A model generated the notes under the pieces. The model saw nothing but the letters and a program-made list of their open reading frames with translations. It was not told the origin of the DNA and searched no databases. Of a stretch of DNA of 31,488 nucleotides, positions 10,627-22,759 are shown one piece after another. Position 1 is the stretch's first letter; each line of letters starts with the position of its first letter. The DNA comes from Paramecium tetraurelia (taxonomy: Eukaryota). The DNA is taken from contig CT868670.1 of assembly GCA_000165425.1 (NCBI GenBank), positions 310,001 to 341,488 of the forward strand, given 5' to 3'. Made by a program: the position numbers and the translations under genes.

Positions 10627-13600
10627 ATGGCTTAACCCAATGAAGATCAACCTTCTTTAGCAGAGTTGCAATCAACCCAACCTCAAAGACTGATTCGACT
10701 CTTTTTTAAATACATCTTGTCCGATATTGCCAAGAGGCCACGTTCTTTTAAGATTGGATTACTCTCAACTTATATTGTTATTGCATTTCTGGGATTACTG
10801 TAATGTTTAAAAAGTCTAAGTCCTTTTTTATTTCTTCAATTGGCTGAAACCTCTGTTGGGGACACAGATCTACAATTTTTACCCAAAACTCTGGCTAGCA
10901 AAAATGATTTCAGGCTCATCAACATAACAGAGTTACGCCAAGTAATCTATTCATTTTATTTAGTACACTTCTTAAATCGACGAATTTCTAGATGTTTCTC
11001 CGAGATGGCTGTTTATGTGCGATATCTACAATCCCAAAGCATCCCTTAATTTGACTTCTTTTTTTATGATTCTAGATTCACAACTTGAAAATAGCATAGG
11101 CCTTGGTCGAAGATTAGATACTGACATCATCACTTCTAATTAAATTTATATATCCAACACACTCTAAAAGGGACTGGGAGTTCAAATTGGAGACACTATT
11201 CAAATCAAATTTAGTGTCCTTCAATTTCTTAAACACTTTGGATTCAACAACACAGAAGGTGAATCTAAGAATCATCTAAGAGAATCTTTCAAAAGGTTTT
11301 TAAATGACCTATTGCAAATTTCTGATGATGATATATTACATAGGAAATTTGATGTTGCAACTATGTTGAAATATGTAGAAGAATATAAATATTTTGTTAA
11401 TGATTTAGAAGCATCTGAATGGAAGAAAAATCAGACTAAAAAAAGTTTAATTTAATCAATTTATAGTTAAAACATAACAACTCCTTAGAAGAAATTGGCA
11501 AAACAAATGGTCGACTACATATTTACTAGAAATTTGACTAAGGATGCCAGAAGCATGTATCGATTTGTTTTTCGACTTTCAAAGTTTACTAAGGAAATCA
11601 CCATTTCATAGATAGAAGATGGTTTCTTTGATATAGCAATTGAAATAGCAGAATTTGAATTAAATTTTTCAGTTTATCAAAGTGTCGAATCCCCAAAAGG
11701 AAAATGGACAGAAGCTCTAGGAATGATGGTATTCATGGATTATAAAGATGCAACCAGTTTATTTTTAGATGCCATCCTCGATAGATTTGATGCTGTGATT
11801 AAATAAAAGAGAAAGTATGACTAAGGTATGGCAGGAGCGGTATCATAATTAATTCCTGTTAAAGAGACTAGAAATTCAGTGAGGGACAAGCTAAAACATT
11901 TTTAACTCTAGGAGTATTCTCTGATGGCCAATGTGGTATTCTAGAATAAATATCCAAAATATGAGACTCCAGAAAATGCAAAAGCTGCAGTCATTTCATC
12001 AACAAATCAATTTTACTCAATTGCTGGGTATGATTATCCTGTTTAAATTATGGCACCATTAGGTTTTATCGTTGAACTATACCATTTAATAAAACACTTC
12101 ATTGATACTCTGATATAGGTGGCAACTATAATTTTATTAATGCTATCTATTTTATTGATTTATTCATTGATGATAGGTGATGTAGATGAGAAGACTTATG
12201 AATTTGGTATGTTGAGAGCCTTAGGGTTCAGAAAATCATGGTTAATTGTATTATTACTATTCTAAGCATTGACATTTGCAAGTTAGTAATCTATATTCTA
12301 TATTATTAGTACCAGGCTTATTATTAGCCTTAATTACTTGTTACTTATTAAATGCGTTAGTTTCAATGTATATATTTGATATGTCTCTTTTGATTTCCTC
12401 ATATAGTATTCCTCTCTATGCATTGATTGTTCAAATAAGCATAGGAATCTGTATGCCTATTGTTAGCAATATCCTACCAATTAAACAGGCTTTATCGACA
12501 ACTCTTAGAGATTCTTTAAATTTATTACATAAGGTTGTCAGCAACATTGTTGTAACTGTTATGAGACTTGAAAAGATAGGGATAAGTTTAAATTAAACAA
12601 TTTATTCAATAATGTTAATATCTATAGGATTTATAAGTTATTACGTTATTCCTATGAATATTATATATTAAAATGTTGGACTTGCTATTTTTGTATTAAA
12701 TATTGTATTTGTAACGATGTTAATAGGTGTAACAATGATAATCAATTTAGTTCAAAAAATAGTTGAAAAATATCTTCTCTATTTGATATTATGTCTGAAA
12801 TCATCCGATTAAAATTTGAAACCCGTAATCTTAAATAATTTAAAAAGTCATGAGAATAGAAATGCGAAAACAACCCTTATGTACTCGCTTGGTTTGTCTT
12901 TGATTATATTCACAGGATCTTCATTTGCAATTATGAGCTAGATGATGTAAAATTACATCAAAGTCAGCACAGCTGCAGATATTCGTATTTTTGATGCCTC
13001 CAAAAAGTTTGGCTTAGATGAGTATGGATTAAGGCAACATCTTGAATGGGAATAAAAGAATGACTCTACTTTGATCAAAGATTATACATTTAGTGCTTTA
13101 CCTTTGAATGAATATCCTGGTATCTAAAATCACTTTTCAATCTCTCCATTATCTCGTTTTCCGAGAAACCTTATCATATTGCAACCAGTCGAGAAAAACC
13201 TACTGAATTCAATCACATTAGAATATTATCAACCAACTGAATATGATACTGAATCAAGTGACGTTAAATATTTGGACAATGGTGTAAGAGATGGAATATA
13301 TGATTTATATAATAGGGACTCTAATTATGATATGAAATAACAGAAAGATATCTCTGGAATAATTTCCAATTCCAAATATTATTAAATATTTGAACCAAAA
13401 TAAAAAACCATAAAAATAGATAGGGAAATAAATATAATAATTCCAGAAGGGTATAGGAATGCAGGTAGTATAAGTGTTAATACACCTGCATTACTTACGA
13501 TTAAAAATAAGGAGTACATGATAGAGAAGAGATTGAAAATTAGGCATATGGCAACTAAGATACCAAATTTTGATTTTAGTGCTTATACTACAGTTGTATT

Positions 13601-14330
13601 TTTTGGACAAGGATTGATTACTATGTAGGATGCAGAATTATTATTAAAAGAGATTCTGAACAATAGAGCGGTAAGAAAGAGTAGAAAATATAGGAAACTT
13701 AAGGAATTTATAGAGCAATTACCAAAGAATTTGAGTTTTGGCTTGCCTAAAGATTAGTTGTTTATAAAGTTTAACAGGGATACAACTAGGGAAGAAAGAT
13801 TGGATTTTAGTAATCGAATGAGAAATTATTTCAAAAATGATTAAATTTATTTGATAGATTCTCAAGAGCTTATGAGAACTTTTGATGAAGTGTTCACATA
13901 TTTTGAGATATTTAATGCCGTGGTTGCAGCCATTGCTTTGATTTTATCCTTTTTCTTACTTTTAATATCATTTATTAGTAATGTAAGAAATAATTGCTGG
14001 GAAATTGGTATCCTAAGAGCAATAGGTTTACAAGAAGTAAGATAATCATGATTACATTAGGTATAAATTCAAAAGGTGTTTATCTATGAATCTATATCTT
14101 TAATAGTATCTTCAGGTTTAATAGGTTCTTTAGTTGGATTCATAACAGCGTCTACTTTTGCAATGTAAATAGCCACATTTTCGGAAAGTTAGTTCAGATT
14201 AGCATTTCCTTTGTATACTTTTCTTTTTACTTTCCTTGGTGGAATTTTGATTGCTGTGGCTTCGAGTTATTTGGCTGTTAGACAATTAAAGAATAAAGAA
14301 ATTGCCTTCATCTTAAAAAATTAGATTTGA
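10627..14330 (+). CDS. MacB/FtsX-family (type VII ABC) permease with two FtsX domains, ~1209 aa; paralog B
   Basis: ATG 10627; introns 10942-10963, 12282-12309 and 14037-14060 (3n, with in-frame TGA); TGA 14328-14330. Motifs SDIAKRPRSFKIG, SPRWL, IGLGRR, ESPKGKW, EFGMLRALG and WEIGILRAIG are colinear with paralog A. Confidence 0.88.
12131..12344 (+). repeat. 214-nt direct repeat, copy 2 (shared with 8396-8609)
   Basis: Offset 3735 nt from copy 1, one mismatch. Confidence 0.95.
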
Positions 14331-14381
14331 TAATATTTTGTAGAATAATAACGATTTATGATATTGATATACATTTAAATC

Positions 14382-17300
14382 TCAATCCTATTGAAAGATT
14401 CTCTAATCAACTGCCAATCCAAATTCTCCATCAGATGTTCCAAATGCTAAGATTGTTCTGTCTGGTGACAAAGCAAACGAACTTATATCATTCATAGATT
14501 GTGGACAATCAGTCAATTAGACTTCATTTCTTTTTTGTAGAAAGGGAGTTGACAGCATCAAGATTTTCTTTTCCATACATAATGGTAAAACCTATGATAT
14601 TTAAATAAAACTTACAATAATATCAGTTAGTTTTGAGTCTTTTACAACTTTGAGATGTCCTTAATTAACAACATATTATTTTAATTCAAGATGGGCCAAG
14701 AATTACCCATTGATGCTATATGAATAAATATTTTTGTTTTCATAAAAGGCTATTCCATACAGAGGTGTACAATAGCTACAAACTTTACTAATGGGTAATC
14801 CTTTAGGATGTCTATAACTTCTTAGATATTTGCCTGACCATTAATTATACATGTGAATCCAACTATCACTAGAACATGTTAATACAACTTTCAAATCATT
14901 ACAAATAAATATATCTGTAATTTATTAATCATGATGATGATGTTTACTAACAGGAATGTATGAATTATTAGACACTTTGTATATTATTAGAGTTCCATCC
15001 TTACTACCAGTTGCTAATATTCTCATTTTATAATCAAATCTCATTACAGTTATCGTATACTCTTATTCAAATTTCTATTCAGAAATTATACCGTTATTAT
15101 AAATTAGCATTCTCCCATCCCAAATACCACCAATCAATACTTGTTTTCCTCTGATTAACACAGGTAATTCATCATAATTACAAGTCCAATCAAAGAGATA
15201 TTGATTTTCATCCAAAAATTTACCAAAATTGATTGATTGATCCTTCTAATTATTAATATCAAGCTTATTGTCTTTTAAATCTAATTTAACTGTAGCACAT
15301 TCACCACTACGACGAATCATCCACACTTTGCTATCACTCAAAAACTGTATTCTAATAATCGATTTGTTTCTCGAAAAGTTTTATGATTGAGTTTGGGCAT
15401 TATTTTGTTTTTACCTAAAAATTCTCTTTTCTATCTTTTCATCTACAATTCTATATACAATTTTTAATTTTCCTCTAGAAATATGGGGTCTGTCCCAAAT
15501 TTAGCTTGGACATTAACCAAAATGGATTGCCTATGATTCTAAGGAAATCTTTTGTTTTTCATTCTTGATTGAGTCCCAATCTATCGAATTTTCGTATGTC
15601 AAATAATAGAATGTATTCAAAGCCTTGACTGCCTCCTCTCCTTTTTATTTATATCCAAAAATTAAGTCAATCCAATTGCAAATATGTTATGAGACATAAT
15701 CACTTTCCAATTCCATTCTGTGAGCACAGATGAACAAATAGGGATTCTATTGAGTCCAACTAGGTAAGTCTACATTGTTTACTCTTTGTCCAGTTTGCTA
15801 TAACCCATAGTCATACTTAGATAAATTAAGAAACATCTCAGGCAAGTAAAAGAATTCAGGTATCAATTCTCTGACATCACTTAATTCTTCAACTGCATTC
15901 CTATAGGTGTCAATGAATGAAAAAAAGAGCCGATCCGCTAAATCGAATTTCCCTGATTGCAACTCTTTGGCACCATCAGAGAAAGGTTTCAATCTTATCA
16001 GATAATGGAAAATTATTGCTGGACTTGAATAATGACTCCCAAAGTGAAATTACGGCACCTTATTAAAATGATCTATCATATTGTATCTCTATTCAAACAC
16101 TTCAATCCTGTCTTTAGTACCCAAAGCCCCCATGCTTTTAGTCAGATCACGATATTTGTGCAATTGCTCGCCGTCATTCATTATCCATGGAAATACGGGA
16201 TATTAAGTTAAATCCTTATTACTTCTTCCAGCAATTTTATTGACTTTCATTAAGTATTCGAAGGTTGAGATCTTATAATTATACCACTTGTTCATTGCCT
16301 TGCTTTCCAATAAGACACTAATAGGATCCAACTTCCCAGATAAAATCCTAGGTTTAATATTGATGGTTCGTTATTTCTTCAATGAGATCAGTTTTTCAAT
16401 CACTTTTTGATGATCTCCATTTGAAAAATTGAATACGAGCGTACTGCCTTCCAATAAGGTCAACTCTAAAGAAGTCCATCTACCTATATACCTTCGAAAT
16501 TATATATCATAGATTTAATCCAAATCCCACTATTTGACTAATTGGGAATCTTCAGGAACTCTAAATTTAATTAGACTTTGATGAGTCTCTTTTTGAGTGA
16601 TTGATTCAAAATAGAAGATCAAATGAGTGTCACTTATACGCAAAGAACCTATTCTAACTGTTAAGGTCTTAATCCATTAGACTCTGTGAAGAATCACCTC
16701 ATCTTCTTCATGTTATTATGAATAAAAGGGGATGATGGTATCAAATATGATTTCATGTATTTTCTTTCTTTGTCTCTCTGGTTGTTTCTTATCGTAATCA
16801 GCCAAATTCATTATTCTTGTGCTTTATTGTTGGGATTGCATAACGGTATCAATTTAAGGGTAGTCGTATAACTTTGGTTTGAGTAATGGTCTTGACTTTT
16901 ACTTGGTTTCGTATTTCCACATTTTCCATGTAAAGCTAATATAAATTCTGTCTTTTACATCTAATTTTATTTAATGTTTTCATAATGCATATCAATCGAA
17001 TCGAATGGTTTATCTATTTGGGCCTTGAAATCTGGATGAGCCCACCATTGATTAAAGACCCGGACTCGATTAAATGACTTTTTAAACATGTATCTTGCCT
17101 GTCTCATACAGATTTGTTCCGAGTCTATTCTCTGTATCTTTTAATCATAAGAATAAGTCGTTGATGAAGATATCCTAAAGGCAATATACTGTAATCAATT
17201 ACATCTATGAGAATAAGACTTCCTCGATTCCCTGGCGTTATTATTGCAATTTGTCCTATAATGTTTTCTTCTTCTAAGCAAAAATCCTATAAGATTCTTC

Positions 17301-20300
17301 AAAGTCACATTTTGTTTTAGAATGATACTCCTCATCTATGAAAAATGATTCTTGTATTTTTTTCAATAAAGTTTGATTATCTACAAACACTTACTTTGCT
17401 GATATCATTTTCTCCATGATCAATTTGTCATTTACTTTCAGTGATTTTGTCTCAATTACGTCAAATATGTGAGAGCTGTCCTTTTTAATTAAATCATTGA
17501 GCATTTTGATTAAAAATAGTTTGTGCTGTTTGTACCCTTCAAAAATGAGAGCTTGGAAGGACTCATTCTTATTTAAAATTTGAGTGAAACTATCAACATA
17601 AACGATTAGAAATTTAAATGAATAAAATAAGCAATTTCTCACGATTTATAATAATTCCTGTTTGATTTCTTCATCATAATTAATCTCTTTAATTTTATCC
17701 TCCATTTAATACAGAAATATGAAATGTGATCCGATAATCAAATAAACTACTTTATCCTGCGTTTCCTCAATCTCTTTGTCTCTTAGTGTTTCAGATGAAA
17801 TAATCAAAGTCCTGACCAATTTATCAAGTGTATTCAATATCACTTGCAATTACTTGATGTTTTCACTACTCTGCACATTATAAGCAAAATACTCAGCATT
17901 CAATTACAAAAATAGTTGACAAACTTAAACAAAAATGGGACACTAATGTTATTCCATCCCGATCTCAAATGAGAACATCATGGCAGCAAAAGACTTTTGT
18001 AATTCTGTTGGGTTCTTCTACTCCAAGATGCCTAAGATTCCTTTCTAAACAATATGATAGTCTTCTAAGGAACCAATTATTTGTGGGGAGAATTTGCCAC
18101 AAAATTGATTCACTATTTCACAGATATTCACAATTAGGATATGATCAACCCATTGAATAATTCCGAATTGTTATTTCCATTCTAAAGATGTAATTAATAA
18201 AATATTTACTCTTAGGCATTTCCTACTATGAGATTGTTAACCTAAAGGCAATAGATTAGAATTTATGGAATAAATAGTAATGTTCATTTTCCATAGTCCT
18301 TGGATCTGCAGTTACCAATCTGAATGTTTCAAAAATAACAGAATATAGGTTGACCCAAAACACTGAAAACAAGTCCAATTTATAACAGTCACTAGTAAAT
18401 AAATCAATAGAATTTACGATAAATTAGATAGTAATTGCTTATATATCAGTCTCATCAATAATTAGGTAGCTTACTAATTGATCTTTTCTTTAAAGAATTC
18501 CTCCAATACTCTGCAATAACTTTGCAATTAAGCCACCCTTTGAAATCCATTTTTTTCATTTTAAATAGCAACTTTGATAACATTGCAATATAATTTCAAT
18601 CCACTATCCCAAATCCAGAACTCAAATTGTGTCAATTCTCTATTGTTATATTAATATTAGATTTCTAGGAGGGTTTCTAGGATCCACCAATGAAACTCTT
18701 CATTATTTAATAGAAAAAGGGCACTGGCCTGATTCCATTTAATTAGCATACATAAATCTTACATGATGCGACCTTTGACTGAATCCACACAATATTGGAA
18801 ATAGCTGATCAACAAAGATAATCCACCATCCGATTTAATAACGAAATTCTCATCTAGAATAAGTGTGTCTGAATTGGTTTTGCCAACTCTTGTTCTCAAC
18901 ATCCATTCCATAATTGCAACATAGAGAGGTTCATAATCTATGATTCTTCTATTTGGCTATACAATCTTTTTCGTTTGTGTGACTGGTTATTTTTTTTTTT
19001 CCTCAATTGAACTTTATTGTTCTTCTTGTTAATGAAAGACTAAAGCTTAATTTACTAATGGTTTTCTAGGTTAAACATCCTCATCTTCATCATCTGAGTA
19101 GGTCTCCACTGCAGCACTATTTCCTAGAGTGTGAGCAATCCAACTAGCAATTTCTTTTTCGTTTGAAGATTAATTAATCCGAATGCTCTCGGCTATCAAT
19201 TTGATACAACTAGTTTTCACATCTGGACAGGAACAAGTTGTTAGTAGATTCAATAACATTTGCATTACTTCCTCTTGGATGAGGATCTGAGATATGGGAT
19301 TATTGCTCTTGGTCTCGTATTAAAATAATCCTTATAGCTTTTTGAGTAGTAATTAGTAAAAGCAAGGAGAGCATTTTAACGTGAAGACTCTTGTAATATC
19401 TATGATATTCTCTTTCTCAATTTTGGATTGCGACTAAAATAGTTTATAATGCAGAATTGCATCAATGATGTCTAATAATGTAATAAAATAATAATACTTA
19501 GATAGGAATCAATTAATTAAGAGTACGGTATTGTTGGCAAACTAAAATTGGTATACCCCATTTGATTAGCGTGTTCTTCGCAGCATAATCTATTTTTTGG
19601 ATCAATATCATATATCAGAGTTTCTAGTATCTTACTTATACCAAAAATGGATATACAAAATTCAGGATTATCATTGTAGATCACTCGTATAAATTTTAGA
19701 TAGTCCTCAATGATAGAAAAATCATCTAGTCTATAAATTTGGATTCTCCACAACAGACTGCATACGAATTGTTACTTTAATTTCACGTCCTGAATGGAGT
19801 TATATAATTGGGAGAGCAGTTCTATTGTTTAGCTGTTGATCATAGCGAGTCCGGAATCATTAAGTTTAAGGGCTATCAAACTTAAATATTCTGTTCTGAT
19901 TGCATCTGACTATGATTCTGGTCTTGATTTAAAAATTTAACAGAATAGAGCCAACAACTCATTCAACAATTAGTCGTAAGGCTACAGTCGTAAAAACAAT
20001 AGTAGAGGAACAAAGTTTTCAATTCTACAAAATTATGCAAATTGCTGTTTTTGTGTTATTCTCAAGTAAGACCCACTATATGATTGTAAGGCTCCATCAA
20101 ATTGATTGATTGGATCAGTTATAAAATTGGCTCTAGCTCTGAGTGGAGTATAACACAATAGTAATCTATTATTGCCATGAGATTTATGCAAATTTCTAAG
20201 GTGATCATTTGTTTAAATACCCAAGTTTTTGTCTCCGCAAGTTAAATCACTATATGCATAATAGTAGTTTATACTTTCCATCAAATCCATCATTATAAAT

Positions 20301-21302
20301 TAGCAGACTAGTGACATAACCATAAAAGTTGGTAAAAAATTGAAATTCAATGACAAGAGCCTCATTAGTGATTTGGGGAAAATCTATTTTGATTTCTCTT
20401 ATTTATTGATTCCCACAAGTCAAATAGAGGTAATAGGATTCCTACAGGAAGAATTTTTTGGATTGAATCTGAATGCATAAAGACGACCATTCATTATAAG
20501 GTATTTCGATCAGACTAATAGGGACTTCATGATGAGGGGCTGTATGATAATGAGTAATAAAGTATACAATTTAGATCAACATATTGATAGACTAATTTGT
20601 TTCCATTTAAAATAAATTGACATCCTTTTTTTTTATCAGACATTAGGTACATAATTTTAGTTTCAACTTCTGATTTTATTGCAATAGGATAAAGCCAGGT
20701 TTGTAGAGAAATGCCTTTGCTAAAACACCATTTCATTTCTCTTGTGTCTACAACCAATCCACTGTGAATATAATTGAAGTAGAATGAGGCATAAGGGGAA
20801 TTGTAGTGTTATTCTGCAAAAACTTTCTATAAAATTTGAGTGTAATTATACTTATAATAATGTTATGAATCTCTGAACCTTTTCGTTTGTTAATTAGGAA
20901 TTGTACATCTAGTTTTTGATGTACATGAACATAGTTTTGTAATTTCGCTTAGTCAATGTGATTGCTCCCAAAAACCAATCGATAATCCGAAACAATTATT
21001 GCGTGTGCTGAGAAATTAAAGATAATTGATACAATTTCATTTGTCAGACAAAACTCCAATAACAAATCTACAATCTGCTCATTTTAGTTGTGTATTAATG
21101 CTAAAGCTTATAGTGAAGAACATTTTAATAATTATTTCTCTAAATGATCGTAAAACTTTTGTTATTCTTCCAGGGGTGTTTGATCCACAGATTATAATGC
21201 CTTTAAAAGATAATCAGCTCTTCGGACTATTTTGTTTTGTTTGTAGTGTTCAATGAGAGCTGGTTTGAATTGATCCTCGAAAATGGCATCAATTAATTAC
21301 AT
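14382..21302 (-). CDS. BEACH-domain protein (neurobeachin/LvsC-like architecture: ConA-like, PH, BEACH, WD40), ~2238 aa
   Basis: ATG at 21302-21300, TGA at 14384-14382. Introns 21008-21032, 20827-20851, 20540-20567, 20250-20274, 19472-19497, 17175-17202 and 16936-16958 restore one continuous frame; 14592-14615 is a 3n intron. Motifs ISTFEYLM, AGRSNKDLTQYPVFPW, HFGSHYSS, GKFDLADRLF, DVRELIPEFFYLPE, WIDLIFGYKQKG, HFGQCP. Confidence 0.92.
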
Positions 21303-21316
21303 TTTATTAATATATT
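21303..21316. promoter_or_regulatory. 14-bp spacer between divergent start codons (putative bidirectional promoter region)
   Basis: CAT(21300-21302)-TTTATTAATATATT-ATG(21317-21319). Both ATGs open long coding frames. Promoter function is inferred from the geometry only. Confidence 0.5.
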
Positions 21317-22422
21317 ATGCACAAACCATTTCATTTTGTACTCTTCATAGTCTTGACTTTGGGAGCTGAATGGCAAACAGGTTTAGACAACGTGATCAAA
21401 AACCAACCTCAATTAACACTCACCAGCAATTATCCAATCCACACTCAAATTGAAATCCTATTTGACAAGCAATTCTCAGAGTATGTATCCCTCTTAAAAG
21501 AGTACCTGAAGTATTGCTCATGTTTGAACAAGTAACCTTCGAATCAACCTTGGATGTTGACATTAATCTCTCCTTGGGTCAAGTGACCAAATCTGGTAGA
21601 ATATTTAAGCTCTCCTTTTAGGTTTTGAATTAAGGTATCGCTTAGGAGGACCTGCAAGAGTCCAATAACTTAAAGTCAGATGGGTGGCATTCGTCGATAA
21701 AAATGTATAACTCACCTATCGTGAATTCAATTTCATGCAATTAAGGGAACTTCGTCAAGGTATTCTCATCCATCAATTATCTCAAGGTTCTGGCATTAGG
21801 GAAGACACCTTCACCCAACCTGTCAATGCTAACATCCAATCACCCAAAGTTAGTGCTTTTCTTGTGGGGTTCAAAATTAATCCAGAAAACGGACCATATG
21901 CTCTTTAAATCAATTGTACTCTGGATTCCCAAATGCAAAACGTTGAATTGAATCTGAAAACTAAAGATACTACCCATGTAAGATATGTCAAAGTGGCTTT
22001 GATTCTCGTGGGAGAAGGTTCAAAAGCAATAACAAAATAAGGCGGTGTCGATTCTAGAGGTTTCAATTACTTTGAAGTAATGATAAATATATTTTTCAAG
22101 GAACAAAGCACTAGTGGAATTAGAAGAATAAATTACAAACAAGTTGTTCCAGAAACCTTCCTAACGGCTCCTTCAGACAACATTCTGAGTCAAGGACTTA
22201 GAGGCTTTGAGGCAAATAGTACAGAAAGTGAACTTATTTCAATGAGCTTGGATAAGTATCATGTATTCGATGAGAATTATGAGATGAACTTTGGTCCATG
22301 TATGGAGTACTTTTCTATTAAGAGTGAATGGCACTCTGATCTACAGTCTAGATTTCTCCATCCTGTTGCACGAACCAACCAAAATAGAGAAAATGACAAT
22401 GAGTCATCTGCGTAGAAAATGA
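21317..22422 (+). CDS. Secreted protein with three H-type-lectin-like beta-sandwich repeats, ~327 aa
   Basis: Signal-peptide-like MHKPFHFVLFIVLTLGA. Repeat 1 FDKQFSEVPEV...VTKSGFEL...LKVRWVA matches the H-type lectin pattern; repeats 2 and 3 each begin with SGIR. Introns 21481-21500, 21596-21621, 21760-21786 (3n), 22077-22100 (3n), 22300-22324; TGA 22420-22422. The last exon depends on a GAG acceptor. Confidence 0.7.
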
Positions 22423-22759
22423 GTTTAATAAATCAATATAAGATACTGGGCAAATTGAAATTGCCTTCTTTTTTTTTCCTTTTTTATTTTCTTTGTCTTG
22501 CACATATTTTCTATATGCAAATATTATTTACTTTTTTCTTTAAACAATCATTTTATTGTTATTGGCTAAGTTTTATTTTAATTAAATTTAAATCGTTCCT
22601 TTTTTTTTCTATGATAGTACTTTTTTGAATAAATTCTAAATTGAGTGGGAAAATGAGATTGAGAAATATTTATTTGTTTCTCAAGATTAAATTGGGAATA
22701 AAGACTAAAGTAATTAATATTAATATTTAATATTTAATAATTTATATCAGTAGAACAGA

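Noticed and set aside
17969..18160. Plus-strand ORFs 17969-18160 and 21026-21256
   Set aside because: They lie antisense within the continuous minus-strand BEACH coding sequence.
18990..19000. T11 run resembling a terminator
   Set aside because: Encodes in-frame Glu/Lys codons (EKKK) on the minus strand.
22419..22628. Phe-rich 69-aa ORF
   Set aside because: Product of poly-T intergenic sequence, and it overlaps the predicted stop of the lectin-like gene.
22659..22684. Short inverted repeat TTGAGAAA…TTTCTCAA
   Set aside because: An 8-bp AT-rich stem is expected by chance, and nothing else supports an RNA gene or transposon end.
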